NCBI GenBank assembly: GCA_965372365.1
Contig: CBDVCA010000003.1
Span: 1 to 54,874 of the forward strand
Direction of reading: 5' to 3'
Length of the DNA stretch: 54,874 nucleotides
From: an uncultured bacterium
Lineage (GTDB): Bacteria > Planctomycetota > Phycisphaerae > SM23-33 > FEN-1343
Each line of letters begins with the position of its first letter. The first letter of the stretch is position 1. Under the pieces are notes generated by a model. That model ran no database searches and was not told the DNA's origin. It was given only the letters and a program-made list of their open reading frames with translations. This document shows, one piece after another, positions 26,896 through 36,956 of the stretch. The position numbers and the translations under genes were made by a program.

Positions 26896-28879
26896 CGACT
26901 GCGTCCTCGCTGTCGTCGACGGGGAAGGTTTCTGTGACCGATCCGCAACGCGGCATCGCCGAGCCGAAGTAGGGGTTCAACGTCTGGTCGTTCGGTTGCA
27001 GCCAGTCGGCGCCGCGATTGTCGAACGCCATCGGGCAGTGCAGCAGGTATATCGTTTTGCCGGGCGGGCCGAAGCGGCGGGCCAGCGCGAGCATCGTCTC
27101 CGAGAGCGGCTCGAACTCACGACGCACCGTCGCGATATCGTGTGTGGTCGCGATTCGATCGAGAATGTCACGCAGCTTGGCGACGTGTTCGTCCCAAGTC
27201 TCGTTCGACCGATCCGTCGCGGCTTCTTTCATCGCGGCCGCGGCCTCGAGGGCGCCGTCGACCGAATCTGTCGCCAACGCCTGCTGCACTTGGAAGTACG
27301 CGTCGAACAGTTGGGCCGGCGGCTCGGCGAGGTCGGCCTTGGACGCGGCCGCGTGGTGGTGGGTCGGCGGTTTGTCCACAGGGACGGTCGCGCCCCCTGA
27401 GTTCATCATGCTGGGCTTGGCCTTTAGCTGCCGTTCGCTGTCGATGGCGAAGGCGCCGCGAGTGACGACCCGTTCGCCTTCGGCGAGCCCTTGGGCGATG
27501 ATGTAGACGTCGCCGGCCCGGGCGCCCAGTTCCACCACGCGCCATTGGAAGGTGGGTTTGTCCTTGTCGGCGACCTGCACGTACACGACGGCCCGTTTGC
27601 CGGTCCACAGAACCGCCGTGGCCGGAATCACCAGCGGCGTGTCGCCGGCGACCGGCGCTTCGTATCCCATCGATTCGGTCGTCACCAGGTCCATGCCGCA
27701 GATGGGGCAGGCGCCGGGTGGGTCGGCGATGACCGACGGATGCATCGGGCAGATGTACTTGCCGGCGAGCGATTCGGCCATCACGCGTCCGCCGGCGGCC
27801 ACCGTCGCTCGCACCGACGCTTTGACGAACATCCCGGGCTTGAGCTTGCCGTCGCTGTTGTCGACGTTCACGCGAATCTTCACCGTACGCGTCCTGGCGT
27901 CCACTACCGGCGAGATCAGCGAGATCGTCCCGTCGAACGTTTCGCCGGGCGTCGCCACCGAGGTGAACGTCACCTGTTGACCGTACCGCAGCCACATCAG
28001 GTCCGATTCATACGCGTCGAGGATCACCCACAGTCGCGACAGATCGGCGATGGTGTACAGTCGGCTGCCGACCTTCACGTACATGCCCTGCTCGGCGCCC
28101 TTGTCGATGACGATTCCCCCCGACGGCGCATAGATGGTCATTCGGTCGGAGGCTTGGCCGCGACGTTCGATTTCGGCGACCTGCTCATCGGTCAATCCCC
28201 AAAGTTTCAGACGATCCCGGGCGATGCCTATGGTCGCTTCGGTTCGATCGCGGACGATGTCGACGCTACTGTCGGCTAGTTCCGCGGCGGCCTTGATCGC
28301 TTCGAGCAGTTCGGTTTGGGCGCTGAGCAGCTCGGGGCTGTACAACTCCACCATGTGGTCGCCTTGGCGGACCGGCACGCCGGTGGTGTCGACGAACATC
28401 CGGTCGAGCCGACCGGGGACCCAGGCGGTGATGTATTTCAACGTTGTTCGGTCGAAGTCGATCTTCCCCAGCATGTCGACGTCGGCGGTGGGGAACCGGC
28501 TCTCGACGGGGCTGGTTTCGATTTGCATCAGCTTCCGGGCGGTTTCGCTGATCACCGTCAGGGTCGGGTCGCCGCCGGCGGCCTCATCTTCGGTGGCGGG
28601 GATCAGTTGCATGCCGCAGTAGCCGCAGGGGGTTTCGGGATCGGTGCTGGAGAAGTACGGGTGATAGCTGATGTTCATCGAGCAGACGTAGAGAGTCGGC
28701 TTGTCGGCCTCGTCGTCGCCGGCCGGTTGCGTTTGGGTGGGCGGCGGCGCCGGGGTCGAGATGAACGCACTCCGGCTCAGCCAGCCGACGGCCAGGCCGA
28801 TCAGTACGCAGGCGACGACGATTCGCCATACGCCGACGCGGCGTGGGGGGGTGGATTCGCGGTGTTCCGATTCAGTCAT
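26888..28879 (-). CDS. RND periplasmic adaptor (CusB-like) with two heavy-metal-binding Cys motifs and a DUF3347-like C-terminal domain
   Basis: 663-aa ORF. N-terminal TM. YVCSMNISYHPYFSSTDPETPCGYCGMQL and YICPMHPSVIADPPGACPICGMDLV. HlyD-like barrel. C-terminal ...LLHCPMAFDNRGADWLQ. Confidence 0.85.
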   Translation of the reverse strand: MTESEHRESTPPRRVGVWRIVVACVLIGLAVGWLSRSAFISTPAPPPTQTQPAGDDEADKPTLYVCSMNISYHPYFSSTDPETPCGYCGMQLIPATEDEAAGGDPTLTVISETARKLMQIETSPVESRFPTADVDMLGKIDFDRTTLKYITAWVPGRLDRMFVDTTGVPVRQGDHMVELYSPELLSAQTELLEAIKAAAELADSSVDIVRDRTEATIGIARDRLKLWGLTDEQVAEIERRGQASDRMTIYAPSGGIVIDKGAEQGMYVKVGSRLYTIADLSRLWVILDAYESDLMWLRYGQQVTFTSVATPGETFDGTISLISPVVDARTRTVKIRVNVDNSDGKLKPGMFVKASVRATVAAGGRVMAESLAGKYICPMHPSVIADPPGACPICGMDLVTTESMGYEAPVAGDTPLVIPATAVLWTGKRAVVYVQVADKDKPTFQWRVVELGARAGDVYIIAQGLAEGERVVTRGAFAIDSERQLKAKPSMMNSGGATVPVDKPPTHHHAAASKADLAEPPAQLFDAYFQVQQALATDSVDGALEAAAAMKEAATDRSNETWDEHVAKLRDILDRIATTHDIATVRREFEPLSETMLALARRFGPPGKTIYLLHCPMAFDNRGADWLQPNDQTLNPYFGSAMPRCGSVTETFPVDDSEDAVDE

Positions 28880-28888
28880 GGTCGTTCC

Positions 28889-30304
28889 TTATCGGCGATC
28901 GGCGCCGTCGTTGGTCGCGGCTCCGGCCGTTGTGTCGTTCGTTGTGGGGATGCTCCGGCCGATGAGCATTTCCAGTTCGGCCAGTCTCTGGGCCCGGTTG
29001 GCGAGGGCTCGTTCATACGCCAGATCGAACTCCAGCAGCACCCGAACCGCGTCGAGCAGGTCGATGAACCCCGCCTCCCCTGCGCGGTACGTGCTCTCGA
29101 TCATGCTCAGCGACTGCTTGGCCTTCGGCGTGAGCGTTGTGCGATACAGCGCCATCTTCCGCTCGGCGTCGTTGAACTTGTACAGGGCCATCTTCAACTT
29201 GGCCTCCAAGGCGTTGGTCGTTTGCACCTTGTCGGCCCGACCGGCGGCGAGGCGTCGGCGAGCCTGTCGGCGGCCGGCGTCGAGCTTCTCCCGCCAGATC
29301 GGAAGGTCGATCGTCAGCGTCGCAATCACGGCGTCCTGGCCGCTGTCGCTCGGCTGCATCGCCCCGGCGGCCGAGGCGGTGTCGATCCATTGCACGCCAA
29401 GGCCGAGGTTGGGGTAATAGTCCTTGCCGGCGAGGTCGACGCCCAGCCGGAGACGGGCGATTTCGCTGTCGATCGCCTTCAGGTCGGGGTTGTTCTCACG
29501 CATCCACATCGACCATTGCCCGGGCTCAACGTCGACGGCGGGCGCCGCCAACGTCGTCGGCCACGGAAGCGGCGCGTCCGGGGAGCGGTTCAACGCGGCG
29601 TTCAGTTTGGCGAGGATGGGGGCGCGAAGCTCTTGCAGCGTACGAAGCCGGTCGTCCAACTTTCCCAGCTCCACTTGCGCCCGGATGACGTCGGCTGCTG
29701 CTGCGGCGGCGACGCGGTAACGGGCGGATGCGACGCGTTCGATGCTCTTGAGCAACTCGATGTTCTGACCGGTGATGTCGATGGCGCGTTTGAGGTAGTA
29801 GTACTCGCAGTAGGCGTCGGCGACTTGGTAGAACAGCTTCAGCTTCACCGCTTCGTACCGCTGCCGCGACGCTTCGGCGGCTTGGTCGGCGGCTTCGCCG
29901 GCCAGTCGCAACTTGCCGAACCACGGGAACATCTGCGAGATCTGCACCGACTGTCGCTGCGGCCCCACCCGGGTCTCCACCTGCTCGATGTAGTAGCGGT
30001 AGGTCAGGCTCGGGCTAGGTAACGAACGCGTCTGCGGCGCCTGGAGGGCGGCCGCACGCCAGCGGTGGAAAGCCGCTTCCATCTGAGGATTGCTCAACGC
30101 GGCGTGGGCGAGGTAATCTTCCAGAACCGGCTTGGCGGGTAACGCGTGAGCCGCCGGCGCATCGGCCGGTCGATCGACGTTCGGCGAGGCGTTTGCCCAC
30201 TGGCGAGCGGATTCGCGGCCGGTATAATCATCGCGAGAAACGCAGCCGGGGACCAAAAGCCCGACGGCCGCCAACCAAGCCCAAAACGTCTTTGCTCGAT
30301 ACAT
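28889..30304 (-). CDS. TolC/NodT-family outer-membrane efflux lipoprotein
   Basis: 471-aa ORF. WLAAVGLLVPGCVS lipobox. Two repeated coiled-coil/barrel halves typical of outer-membrane factors. First gene of the efflux operon. Confidence 0.85.
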   Translation of the reverse strand: MYRAKTFWAWLAAVGLLVPGCVSRDDYTGRESARQWANASPNVDRPADAPAAHALPAKPVLEDYLAHAALSNPQMEAAFHRWRAAALQAPQTRSLPSPSLTYRYYIEQVETRVGPQRQSVQISQMFPWFGKLRLAGEAADQAAEASRQRYEAVKLKLFYQVADAYCEYYYLKRAIDITGQNIELLKSIERVASARYRVAAAAAADVIRAQVELGKLDDRLRTLQELRAPILAKLNAALNRSPDAPLPWPTTLAAPAVDVEPGQWSMWMRENNPDLKAIDSEIARLRLGVDLAGKDYYPNLGLGVQWIDTASAAGAMQPSDSGQDAVIATLTIDLPIWREKLDAGRRQARRRLAAGRADKVQTTNALEAKLKMALYKFNDAERKMALYRTTLTPKAKQSLSMIESTYRAGEAGFIDLLDAVRVLLEFDLAYERALANRAQRLAELEMLIGRSIPTTNDTTAGAATNDGADRR

Positions 30305-30551
30305 GCCTACACCACCTCACTCAAGTTCGCCCTTACCTTATACCAACTATCCCGATCGGTAAACATGATAATGGTCGCCTGGTCACACTCTTTGAGTGAT
30401 TATAGGCTATGACAGCTTGTCGGACATCCTGTTCATTGCTAGAGTTAAGTGAGTCCCATGGGCGGAGGGGTTCACGGGAAGCGATTCCGAGCCGGTTGGC
30501 GTGCATTTCGTCATCGGATGGATTGTCCGTTGCAGAGGAGACTGAGTAGCC

Positions 30552-31364
30552 ATGGAATGGTTCTGCGAACAGAATCCCGTCCTTCAGGCGTTGATCGCCA
30601 CGACGGGAACGTGGTTGGTGACGGCGCTTGGGGCGGCGTTGGTCTTCTTGACGAAGAATTTTTCCCAAAAGTACCTCGATGGTTCCCTCGGCATGGCGGC
30701 CGGCGTGATGATTGCCGCGAGTTTCTGGAGCCTGCTGGCGCCGGCGATCGAAATGGCCGAGCAGGCCAACGGACCGAAGTGGAAATGGGTTCCCCCCCTG
30801 ATCGGTTTCGTCCTTGGCGCGGTTGTGCTTCGGATCGCCGATAAGATTCTTCCGCACATGCACCCCGACCTGAAGACGACCGAGGGTATCAAGACGCGTT
30901 GGCATCGCAGCACGCTGCTGGTGTTGGCGATCACCTTGCATAATATCCCCGAGGGACTGGCCGTGGGCGTGGCTTTCGGAGCCGCGGCCAGTTCGTTGCC
31001 GGGGGCTCCGACGATCGGAGCGGCCATCGCCCTGGCGGTCGGCATCGGCCTTCAGAACTTCCCCGAGGGCACCGCCGTGGCGCTGCCTCTGCGGCGGGAA
31101 GGCGTCAGCCGGATCAAGTCGTTCTGGTACGGGCAGCTCTCGGCCGTCGTCGAGCCGGTCGCCGGCGTCGCCGGGGCGTTCATGGTGCTTTCGATGTCGG
31201 CGATACTGCCCTACGCACTGGCCTTCGCGGCCGGGGCGATGATCTTCGTGGTGGCCGAGGAACTGATCCCCGAATCCCAACGCGAAGGCAACGTCGACCT
31301 GGCGACGATGGGCGTGATCCTCGGATTCGCGATCATGATGACCCTGGACGTGGCGTTAGGGTAG
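30552..31364 (+). CDS. ZIP-family (ZupT/GufA-like) divalent metal importer
   Basis: 270-aa ORF. ITLHNIPEGLAVGVAFG and GLQNFPEGTAVALPL are ZIP signatures. Divergent from the efflux operon. Confidence 0.88.
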   Translation: MEWFCEQNPVLQALIATTGTWLVTALGAALVFLTKNFSQKYLDGSLGMAAGVMIAASFWSLLAPAIEMAEQANGPKWKWVPPLIGFVLGAVVLRIADKILPHMHPDLKTTEGIKTRWHRSTLLVLAITLHNIPEGLAVGVAFGAAASSLPGAPTIGAAIALAVGIGLQNFPEGTAVALPLRREGVSRIKSFWYGQLSAVVEPVAGVAGAFMVLSMSAILPYALAFAAGAMIFVVAEELIPESQREGNVDLATMGVILGFAIMMTLDVALG

Positions 31365-31422
31365 GCCGGTTGCTCGCCAACCCCTTGGTCCTACCGGCGT
31401 GAGGGGGTACAATGTGAAGCCT

Positions 31423-34287
31423 ATGGCGCCTACCTGGTGTGATCTTCGACAGTTGACCCTCGCGGCTGTTCTGGCCTGCGCCGCGATCGCGGCCGGGGGA
31501 TGCACGCGCTTCGGTGCGGCCGAGATGAATGTCTGGGCCGCCGGGGAGATGGCCGAGATTGACGAGACCTCCAAGCCGGCGTGGTCCGATCTCACCTACG
31601 ACCCCGACGCCAAGGCGATTCACCTTTCAGCGGCGGCCAACGAGACGGTGAGTTTTCAGATCGTCCTGGACGCAACCGCCGAAGGACTTCGCGACGTTCG
31701 CGTACGGTTCAGCGATCTGTCCAAAGGCGAAGGGGCGGTCCTGCCGGCTGATCGCATCGAGTTGTTCCGCATGTGGCCGGTGACCGTCGCCAAGGTTCCC
31801 GCATGGCGGCATCGGCTTGGCGTGGGTCGCCTGAATACCGGTCGCAAGTATGATGTTCTGATCCCGTCGTCGGCGCCGCGGAATGGAATGCCGTTTGAAG
31901 TCGGCCCGAGCGAGCGATTGGCGTTGTGGGTCGATGTGCCGGTCGGTCGCAGTGTCGTCGCCGGGCGCTACGTCGGCGCCATAACGATCTCCGGCCGAGT
32001 CGGCGCCGGCCTGACGGCTCCGCGAGTGACCACGGAACTGCGGCTGTCGCTGGTGGTGCATAACTTCGTCCTCCCCGACACCCGGCCCGTCATCGCGGTG
32101 GGCCGGTTCGATCATCGCCGGCTGTTCTCGCGATTCCTGACCCGAGGCGGCAAACCCTTCAAGCCGGTCTGGATGGATCGAGCCGATCCTCTGGTCGCCG
32201 AGGGGTTGGTTCTGATGCGTCAATTGATGACCCTGGCCCACGCGCATCGGATCGACCTGTTCGAGACCACGATACGGCCCACGATGAAGCGCGACGCCTT
32301 CGGGGCGGCCCGACTGTACTGGGACGATTACGACGCCATCGTGAAACCGTACCTTGACGGCACGGCCTTCGCCGACCGGATCGGCGTACCGGCCTGGCCG
32401 GCGCCGCTGACGGAGGCGTGGCCGGCGGCTCGTTCGCTGGGCGGGGTCGACGCGCCGGAGTATCGCGAGACGTTCGGATCGCTGGCGGCCGCGACGGCCG
32501 AGCATTTCGATGATCTGGGGTTCGCCGATCGGCTGTTCTTCTGGCCCGTCCGAGACGCCGACGCGCCTGACCGGTACGACCGGTTCGTACGCACCGCACG
32601 GTTGATCCGCTCTTACGCCCCGTCGTCGCTCATTCTCACCGAGTCGCCTTCGGACGCGCCAGGGTACGACGGTCTGTACGATATCCTCGCGCCGCCGGCC
32701 CATCAGCTCGATCCGGACCGCCTGTCGCCGCCGCCGCGGGAGGGCATGCCTTTGGCGGGGGTCTACCTGGTTCCCGGATCGCCGCCCTACAGCCCGTCAC
32801 TGGCCCCGGCGGCTTCATCGGCCGACGTGCGGGCCGTCCCCTGGCTGGCGATGCGAGCGAACCTGTCGGGAGTGCTGCTGGGGGATGTGTTGGGATGGGA
32901 CGACGACCCGTTCAGTTCGGCCGGCGAGTCGGTCGGCGAGTCGGTCGGCAAAAAGCTGTCCCTGTTCTATCCGGGCGATCCCGCCGGGCTGGACCGGGTG
33001 TTGGCCGGCGTTCGCCTCAAGCGGCTCCGACGGGGCCTGCAGGACGTCGGCTACATCCGCCTGCTTACCCAGCGCCGACGGGGAGAACTTGCCGATAGAA
33101 TTACGCAGACGATGGCCCGGTATGTCGGGCTCCAGGCGGACGGCAACCACGCCGGCGACCCGCGGCTTGACGGATGGGCCGCCGACGGCGCCCTGTGGGA
33201 GCAGGCCCGCAGGCTGCTGGCGGCCGAGGTGATCGCCGCCGATCCGATGTCGACGGGGCCGTCGCCCAACGCCCTCACGATGCGGCTGTCGCGGCAGGCG
33301 CTGATCGACGCGGCCCGCCCGGCGAGCGTCGAACGGATTTCGACCCGCGTCGTTCCCGTCGTCGTCGGCGATCAGACGAAGCTGCACGTGAAGCTCTCGG
33401 CCGATATATACAACGGCTCCCCGGATGCGACCGACGTGATGCTCTGGCTCCCCGAGCCCCCCCAAGGCGTGCGGTTGATCGGGCGGGCCGCCAAGCGACG
33501 GCTCGCGCCGTGGGCGACCGAGACGCTGGAGGTCGACTTCGAATGCCCGCTTCGCAGCGCCGGCGGCGCAGGAAAACTGTCCGTGCCGCTACGATTGAAT
33601 CGCGGCGCCGATCGAACCGAGACGCTTTCGGCCAAGGTCCCCATTCTACTGTCGCGACCGACGTCGCGGCCGGTGGTTGTCGACGGCGATCTGTCCGAAT
33701 GGCCGATTCGATCGGGCGGCTCGGCCGGCGATTTCGGCCTGCTTGGCCGACGGGGACGCGACGGCCATCAGAAGCCCCTGTGGCGGACGGATGTCTTTGT
33801 GCAGCACGATGCGGAGTTTCTGTACGTGGCGTTCCGATGCGATCTGCCCGGCGACGCCCCGGTCTCGGTCCGGGCGACCAACGACGTTCGCTATGACCAA
33901 CTGCTGGCGGTGGACGAAGACCTGGTCGAGGTGATTCTCGATCCCGGCGCCGACGGATCAACCGCGGCCGACGTGTATCGAATGGTCGTCAAAGCCAACG
34001 GCGTTCTCGTCAGCGGTCGCGGCGCCCCGACCGATTCGACGATGGCCGCGACGAGCGATTGGTCGTCGGGGGCGAAGGTTGCGGTGGGACGCGACGACGC
34101 GGCCATGTTCGTCGAAATCGCGATGCCCCGGGCCTCGGTCGGAGCCGAGGGGGCCGACTGGCGATGGGGCGTCAATTTCGCTCGGTTCGCCACCGGCGCG
34201 ATGGAGGCCTCCAACTGGTCCCAGACGCCCCGGCATTACTACGATCCGAGGAATCTCGGCGCCCTGTTGCTGCTGGACGACCCATAG
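31423..34287 (+). CDS. Large lipoprotein with C-terminal CBM9/DOMON-like carbohydrate-binding module
   Basis: ORF 31399..34287. ATG at 31423 gives LAAVLACAAIAAGGC (lipobox). C-terminus VVDGDLSEWP...VFVQHDAEFLYVAFRC...DLVEVILDPG...WRWGVNFARF resembles CBM9. N-terminal body unassigned. Confidence 0.7.
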   Translation: MAPTWCDLRQLTLAAVLACAAIAAGGCTRFGAAEMNVWAAGEMAEIDETSKPAWSDLTYDPDAKAIHLSAAANETVSFQIVLDATAEGLRDVRVRFSDLSKGEGAVLPADRIELFRMWPVTVAKVPAWRHRLGVGRLNTGRKYDVLIPSSAPRNGMPFEVGPSERLALWVDVPVGRSVVAGRYVGAITISGRVGAGLTAPRVTTELRLSLVVHNFVLPDTRPVIAVGRFDHRRLFSRFLTRGGKPFKPVWMDRADPLVAEGLVLMRQLMTLAHAHRIDLFETTIRPTMKRDAFGAARLYWDDYDAIVKPYLDGTAFADRIGVPAWPAPLTEAWPAARSLGGVDAPEYRETFGSLAAATAEHFDDLGFADRLFFWPVRDADAPDRYDRFVRTARLIRSYAPSSLILTESPSDAPGYDGLYDILAPPAHQLDPDRLSPPPREGMPLAGVYLVPGSPPYSPSLAPAASSADVRAVPWLAMRANLSGVLLGDVLGWDDDPFSSAGESVGESVGKKLSLFYPGDPAGLDRVLAGVRLKRLRRGLQDVGYIRLLTQRRRGELADRITQTMARYVGLQADGNHAGDPRLDGWAADGALWEQARRLLAAEVIAADPMSTGPSPNALTMRLSRQALIDAARPASVERISTRVVPVVVGDQTKLHVKLSADIYNGSPDATDVMLWLPEPPQGVRLIGRAAKRRLAPWATETLEVDFECPLRSAGGAGKLSVPLRLNRGADRTETLSAKVPILLSRPTSRPVVVDGDLSEWPIRSGGSAGDFGLLGRRGRDGHQKPLWRTDVFVQHDAEFLYVAFRCDLPGDAPVSVRATNDVRYDQLLAVDEDLVEVILDPGADGSTAADVYRMVVKANGVLVSGRGAPTDSTMAATSDWSSGAKVAVGRDDAAMFVEIAMPRASVGAEGADWRWGVNFARFATGAMEASNWSQTPRHYYDPRNLGALLLLDDP

Positions 34288-34365
34288 GGCGATTGGCGGT
34301 TGCATTTGGCCGGGCGGGGCGATACGGTTCCGGCGCTGCGGGGGCGTTGAAGGCAGGCTCTGACG

Positions 34366-35901
34366 ATGCTTGATTGTGGCCGCATGTATACCGCCTCGAT
34401 CCACATCCGCCACGCGGTCAGCCGGGCCGATCGCGGTGCGGTGTTCACTGCGCTCACCCGCCGGGATGGGGCGATCTTCTTCGAAAGCACCGCCGATCAC
34501 GACCGATGGGGTCGCTACACGATTGCCGCGTGCTGTCCGGTGGCGGTGGCGACGATCCGCGAGGGCGTGATCGACGGGGTCGATGGGCCGCCGGAGGCCG
34601 AAGGCGTCGCCGCCGGCGGTCGCGTACCGCTTGTGCGATGGCCTTCCGGTTGCGCCGAGCCTCTGGCCGCGGCCCTGCGCCGACTTCTGACCTGCGTGAA
34701 CGTTCCGGCCGCCGCGGCCTGTCCGTACGCTCCGGGGTGGATGGGGTATCTCGGGTACGAACTCGGCCGTCATTTCGAACGATTGCCCGGCCGGGCGCCG
34801 CGGGATACCGCCCAGCCCGATATGCACCTGGCCTTCTACGACGCCGTGGCGGTGTACGACCACCACGCCGGATCGTGGGATGTGGTTTCGCTGCGATTTG
34901 ACGATCCGCCCGACGGGGCGGGCCGCGCCGCTGATGAACTGGCCGAGGTTCTTCACCAGGCCGAGTCGGCCGAACGCCCACCGGCGGCCGCGGCGTCTCA
35001 TCCGGACGACACGGACGATGGGCTCGGCGACGGCCAATGGGCCTGTCACTTCACCCCCGACGCCTACCGAAGCGCTGTCGGCCGATGCATCGAGTACATT
35101 GCCGCCGGCGACATCTTCCAGGTGAACCTGTCTCAACGTTTCACGCGACAGACCTCGGCGACGCCGATCGATATCTACCGCCGCCTCCGCCTCGGCAACC
35201 CCGCTTGGTACAGCGGGTACATCGCCGGCGACGGGTGGGCGGTGCTGAGCAGTTCGCCGGAGTTGTTCCTTCGCTGCCGCGACGGGCACATTACGACGCG
35301 ACCGATCAAGGGCACTCGCCGGCGCCCCGGCGATCCGCAGCGTGATTCTCTGGCGGCCGCGGCTCTGACGGCCAGCGAGAAGGACAACGCCGAATTGGCG
35401 ATGATTATCGACCTCCTTCGCAACGATCTCGGTCGCGTGTGCCGTTACGGCAGCGTTCAGGTGACCGACGCCGGTGTGCTGGAGACGCACCCGACGGTGT
35501 TCCATCTCGTTGGCGCCATCGAAGGCGATCTCGCTGACGGGGCCGACCTGGCCGACCTGGTGGCCGCGACGTTCCCCGGCGGGTCGATCACCGGGGCGCC
35601 GAAGATTCGCGCGATGGAGATTATCGACGAACTGGAACCGTTCGCACGCGGCGCGTACACAGGCGGCATGGTTCACTTCGGCGTCGACGGCGCCGCCGAG
35701 ATGAACATCGTCATCCGCACGGCGGTGTGGGAGCCCGGTCGCGTTCACGTGCACGTCGGGGGCGGTATCGTCGCCGACTCGACCCCCGACGGCGAATACG
35801 TCGAAACCCTCGACAAAGCCCGCGCCGTTCTGGCCGCCATCGCCGCCGCCGAGCAGACCGCCGCCGAGACCGCCCCTTGCATCCGACCGCCCAACCCCTG
35901 A
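34366..35901 (+). CDS. pabB: Aminodeoxychorismate/anthranilate synthase component I family
   Basis: 511-aa ORF. GDIFQVNLSQRF, SSSPELFL, RPIKGTRRR, EKDNAELAMIIDLLRNDLGRV and PGGSITGAPKIRAMEIIDELE are chorismate-binding enzyme motifs. The PabB versus TrpE choice is uncertain. Confidence 0.8.
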   Translation: MLDCGRMYTASIHIRHAVSRADRGAVFTALTRRDGAIFFESTADHDRWGRYTIAACCPVAVATIREGVIDGVDGPPEAEGVAAGGRVPLVRWPSGCAEPLAAALRRLLTCVNVPAAAACPYAPGWMGYLGYELGRHFERLPGRAPRDTAQPDMHLAFYDAVAVYDHHAGSWDVVSLRFDDPPDGAGRAADELAEVLHQAESAERPPAAAASHPDDTDDGLGDGQWACHFTPDAYRSAVGRCIEYIAAGDIFQVNLSQRFTRQTSATPIDIYRRLRLGNPAWYSGYIAGDGWAVLSSSPELFLRCRDGHITTRPIKGTRRRPGDPQRDSLAAAALTASEKDNAELAMIIDLLRNDLGRVCRYGSVQVTDAGVLETHPTVFHLVGAIEGDLADGADLADLVAATFPGGSITGAPKIRAMEIIDELEPFARGAYTGGMVHFGVDGAAEMNIVIRTAVWEPGRVHVHVGGGIVADSTPDGEYVETLDKARAVLAAIAAAEQTAAETAPCIRPPNP

Positions 35902-36520
35902 CAATCGTCCAGCGATGACAAGACCCTATCCCATCATGTTCAATGTCGCCGGCCGCCTGGCCGTCGTCGTCGGCGGCGGAGCCGTCGGGGGGCGAAAAGT
36001 CGAGGGCCTGCTGGCCGCCGGCGCCGGCGTGCGGGTGGTGGACCCCAAGGGCGGCGATTGGCCCGCCGGCGTCGAAGTCGCGGCCGAGCCGTATCACGCC
36101 GATCATCTCGACGGCGCGATCCTGGTCTTCGCCTGCACCGACGACCGAACAGTGAACGCCGAGGTCGCCGCCGACGCCAAGGCCGCCGGCGTTCCTGTCA
36201 ATATCGCCGACGATCCGGCCGCGTGCGACTTCACCGTCCCGGCCGTCCATCGGGCCGAAGCGGTAACACTGGCCGTGGCCACCGACGCCGGCGTCCCGGC
36301 GCTGGCGGCGCATGTGCGCGATCGCCTCGCGGACCATCTTCCAGCCGAACTGGACGCATTCGCCGCGGCCATGGCGGAGATTCGGGGCCAGTTGAAAATA
36401 GCCCATCCAGCCGCCGCCCGCCGCCGAGCCATGAAGCGCCTCTGCGGTCCCGAAGGATGGACCGCCTTCCAGCGAGAAGGCCGCCGCGGCCTGGCGAATC
36501 TGCTGCGTGAACTCAAGTAG
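35819..36520 (+). repeat. Segmental duplication, copy A (last 83 nt of pabB + spacer + sirC-like gene)
   Basis: Aligns without indels to 38096..38797 at a constant offset of 2277 bp. About 33 mismatches by hand count. Confidence 0.9.
35915..36520 (+). CDS. Precorrin-2 dehydrogenase / sirohydrochlorin ferrochelatase-like (SirC, CysG N-terminal domain), copy 1
   Basis: 201-aa ORF. Rossmann loop VVVGGGAVGGRKVEGLLAAGAGVRVV and NIADDPAACDFTVPA are typical of the siroheme synthase N-terminal domain. Confidence 0.8.
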   Translation: MTRPYPIMFNVAGRLAVVVGGGAVGGRKVEGLLAAGAGVRVVDPKGGDWPAGVEVAAEPYHADHLDGAILVFACTDDRTVNAEVAADAKAAGVPVNIADDPAACDFTVPAVHRAEAVTLAVATDAGVPALAAHVRDRLADHLPAELDAFAAAMAEIRGQLKIAHPAAARRRAMKRLCGPEGWTAFQREGRRGLANLLRELK

Positions 36521-36631
36521 TACTCCGTCCCAGACAGATGTCGGGCGCCGCCTGCGACCGCCGCCGGTCGGACGGCCCCGAAAGAAGAGGATGAAAGAGG
36601 ACGAACCGAACGGCAAGAAATAGGTGACTGT

Positions 36632-36728
36632 CCCGGGTTTCCGTCCCGGGTTTCCGGGTTTCCCCGGGTTTCCCCCGTGTTTCCCCGTGTGTTTCCCCGT
36701 GTTTCCGTCCCTGGGTTTCGGGTTTCCA
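36632..36728 (+). repeat. Degenerate tandem array, nine units of G(G/T)GTTTCC with 0-5-nt linkers
   Basis: CCCGGGTTTCC GTCCCGGGTTTCC GGGTTTCC CCGGGTTTCC CCCGTGTTTCC CCGTGTGTTTCC CCGTGTTTCC GTCCCTGGGTTTC GGGTTTCC, read directly from the sequence. Confidence 0.9.
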
Positions 36729-36820
36729 AATTACCCATCGCGGCGCCTTCCAGAAGCACGTTCACCTCGCGCGTAGACCCATCATTGCGTAATATAGTAT
36801 CGCAAAGGTGATAATGGTTC

Positions 36821-36849
36821 TTGCGATTGCCGCCTTCGCTTGATATAGT
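36821..36849 (+). promoter_or_regulatory. Promoter-like element inside the low-GC cassette
   Basis: TTGCGA (36821-36826), 17-nt spacer, TATAGT (36844-36849). It would give a ~350-nt 5' UTR for the PEP-CTERM gene. Confidence 0.35.
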
Positions 36850-36934
36850 GAGTTCTGTTGTAAGTATGATGGGGAGGGGTCGAGTAGATCACCTCCACTG
36901 CGAGTGGCGAGGCAGTTGTGTTTTCGTATCCTAT

Positions 36935-36956
36935 CCTCTCCTCTCCTCTCCTCTCT
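36935..36956 (+). repeat. (CCTCT)4 pyrimidine microsatellite
   Basis: CCTCTCCTCTCCTCTCCTCTCT, read directly. Lies in the putative 5' UTR of the PEP-CTERM gene. Confidence 0.85.

Noticed and set aside
30361-30375. AAACATGATAATGGT as a Fur/Zur box between the efflux operon and the ZIP gene.
   Set aside because: Only a TGATAAT half-site is present, with no dyad symmetry. That is insufficient to call an operator.
36632-36728. The GGGTTTCC tandem array considered as a CRISPR array.
   Set aside because: Units are 8-13 nt with no unique spacers of CRISPR size. There is no repeat of 24 nt or more, no leader and no cas genes in the window.
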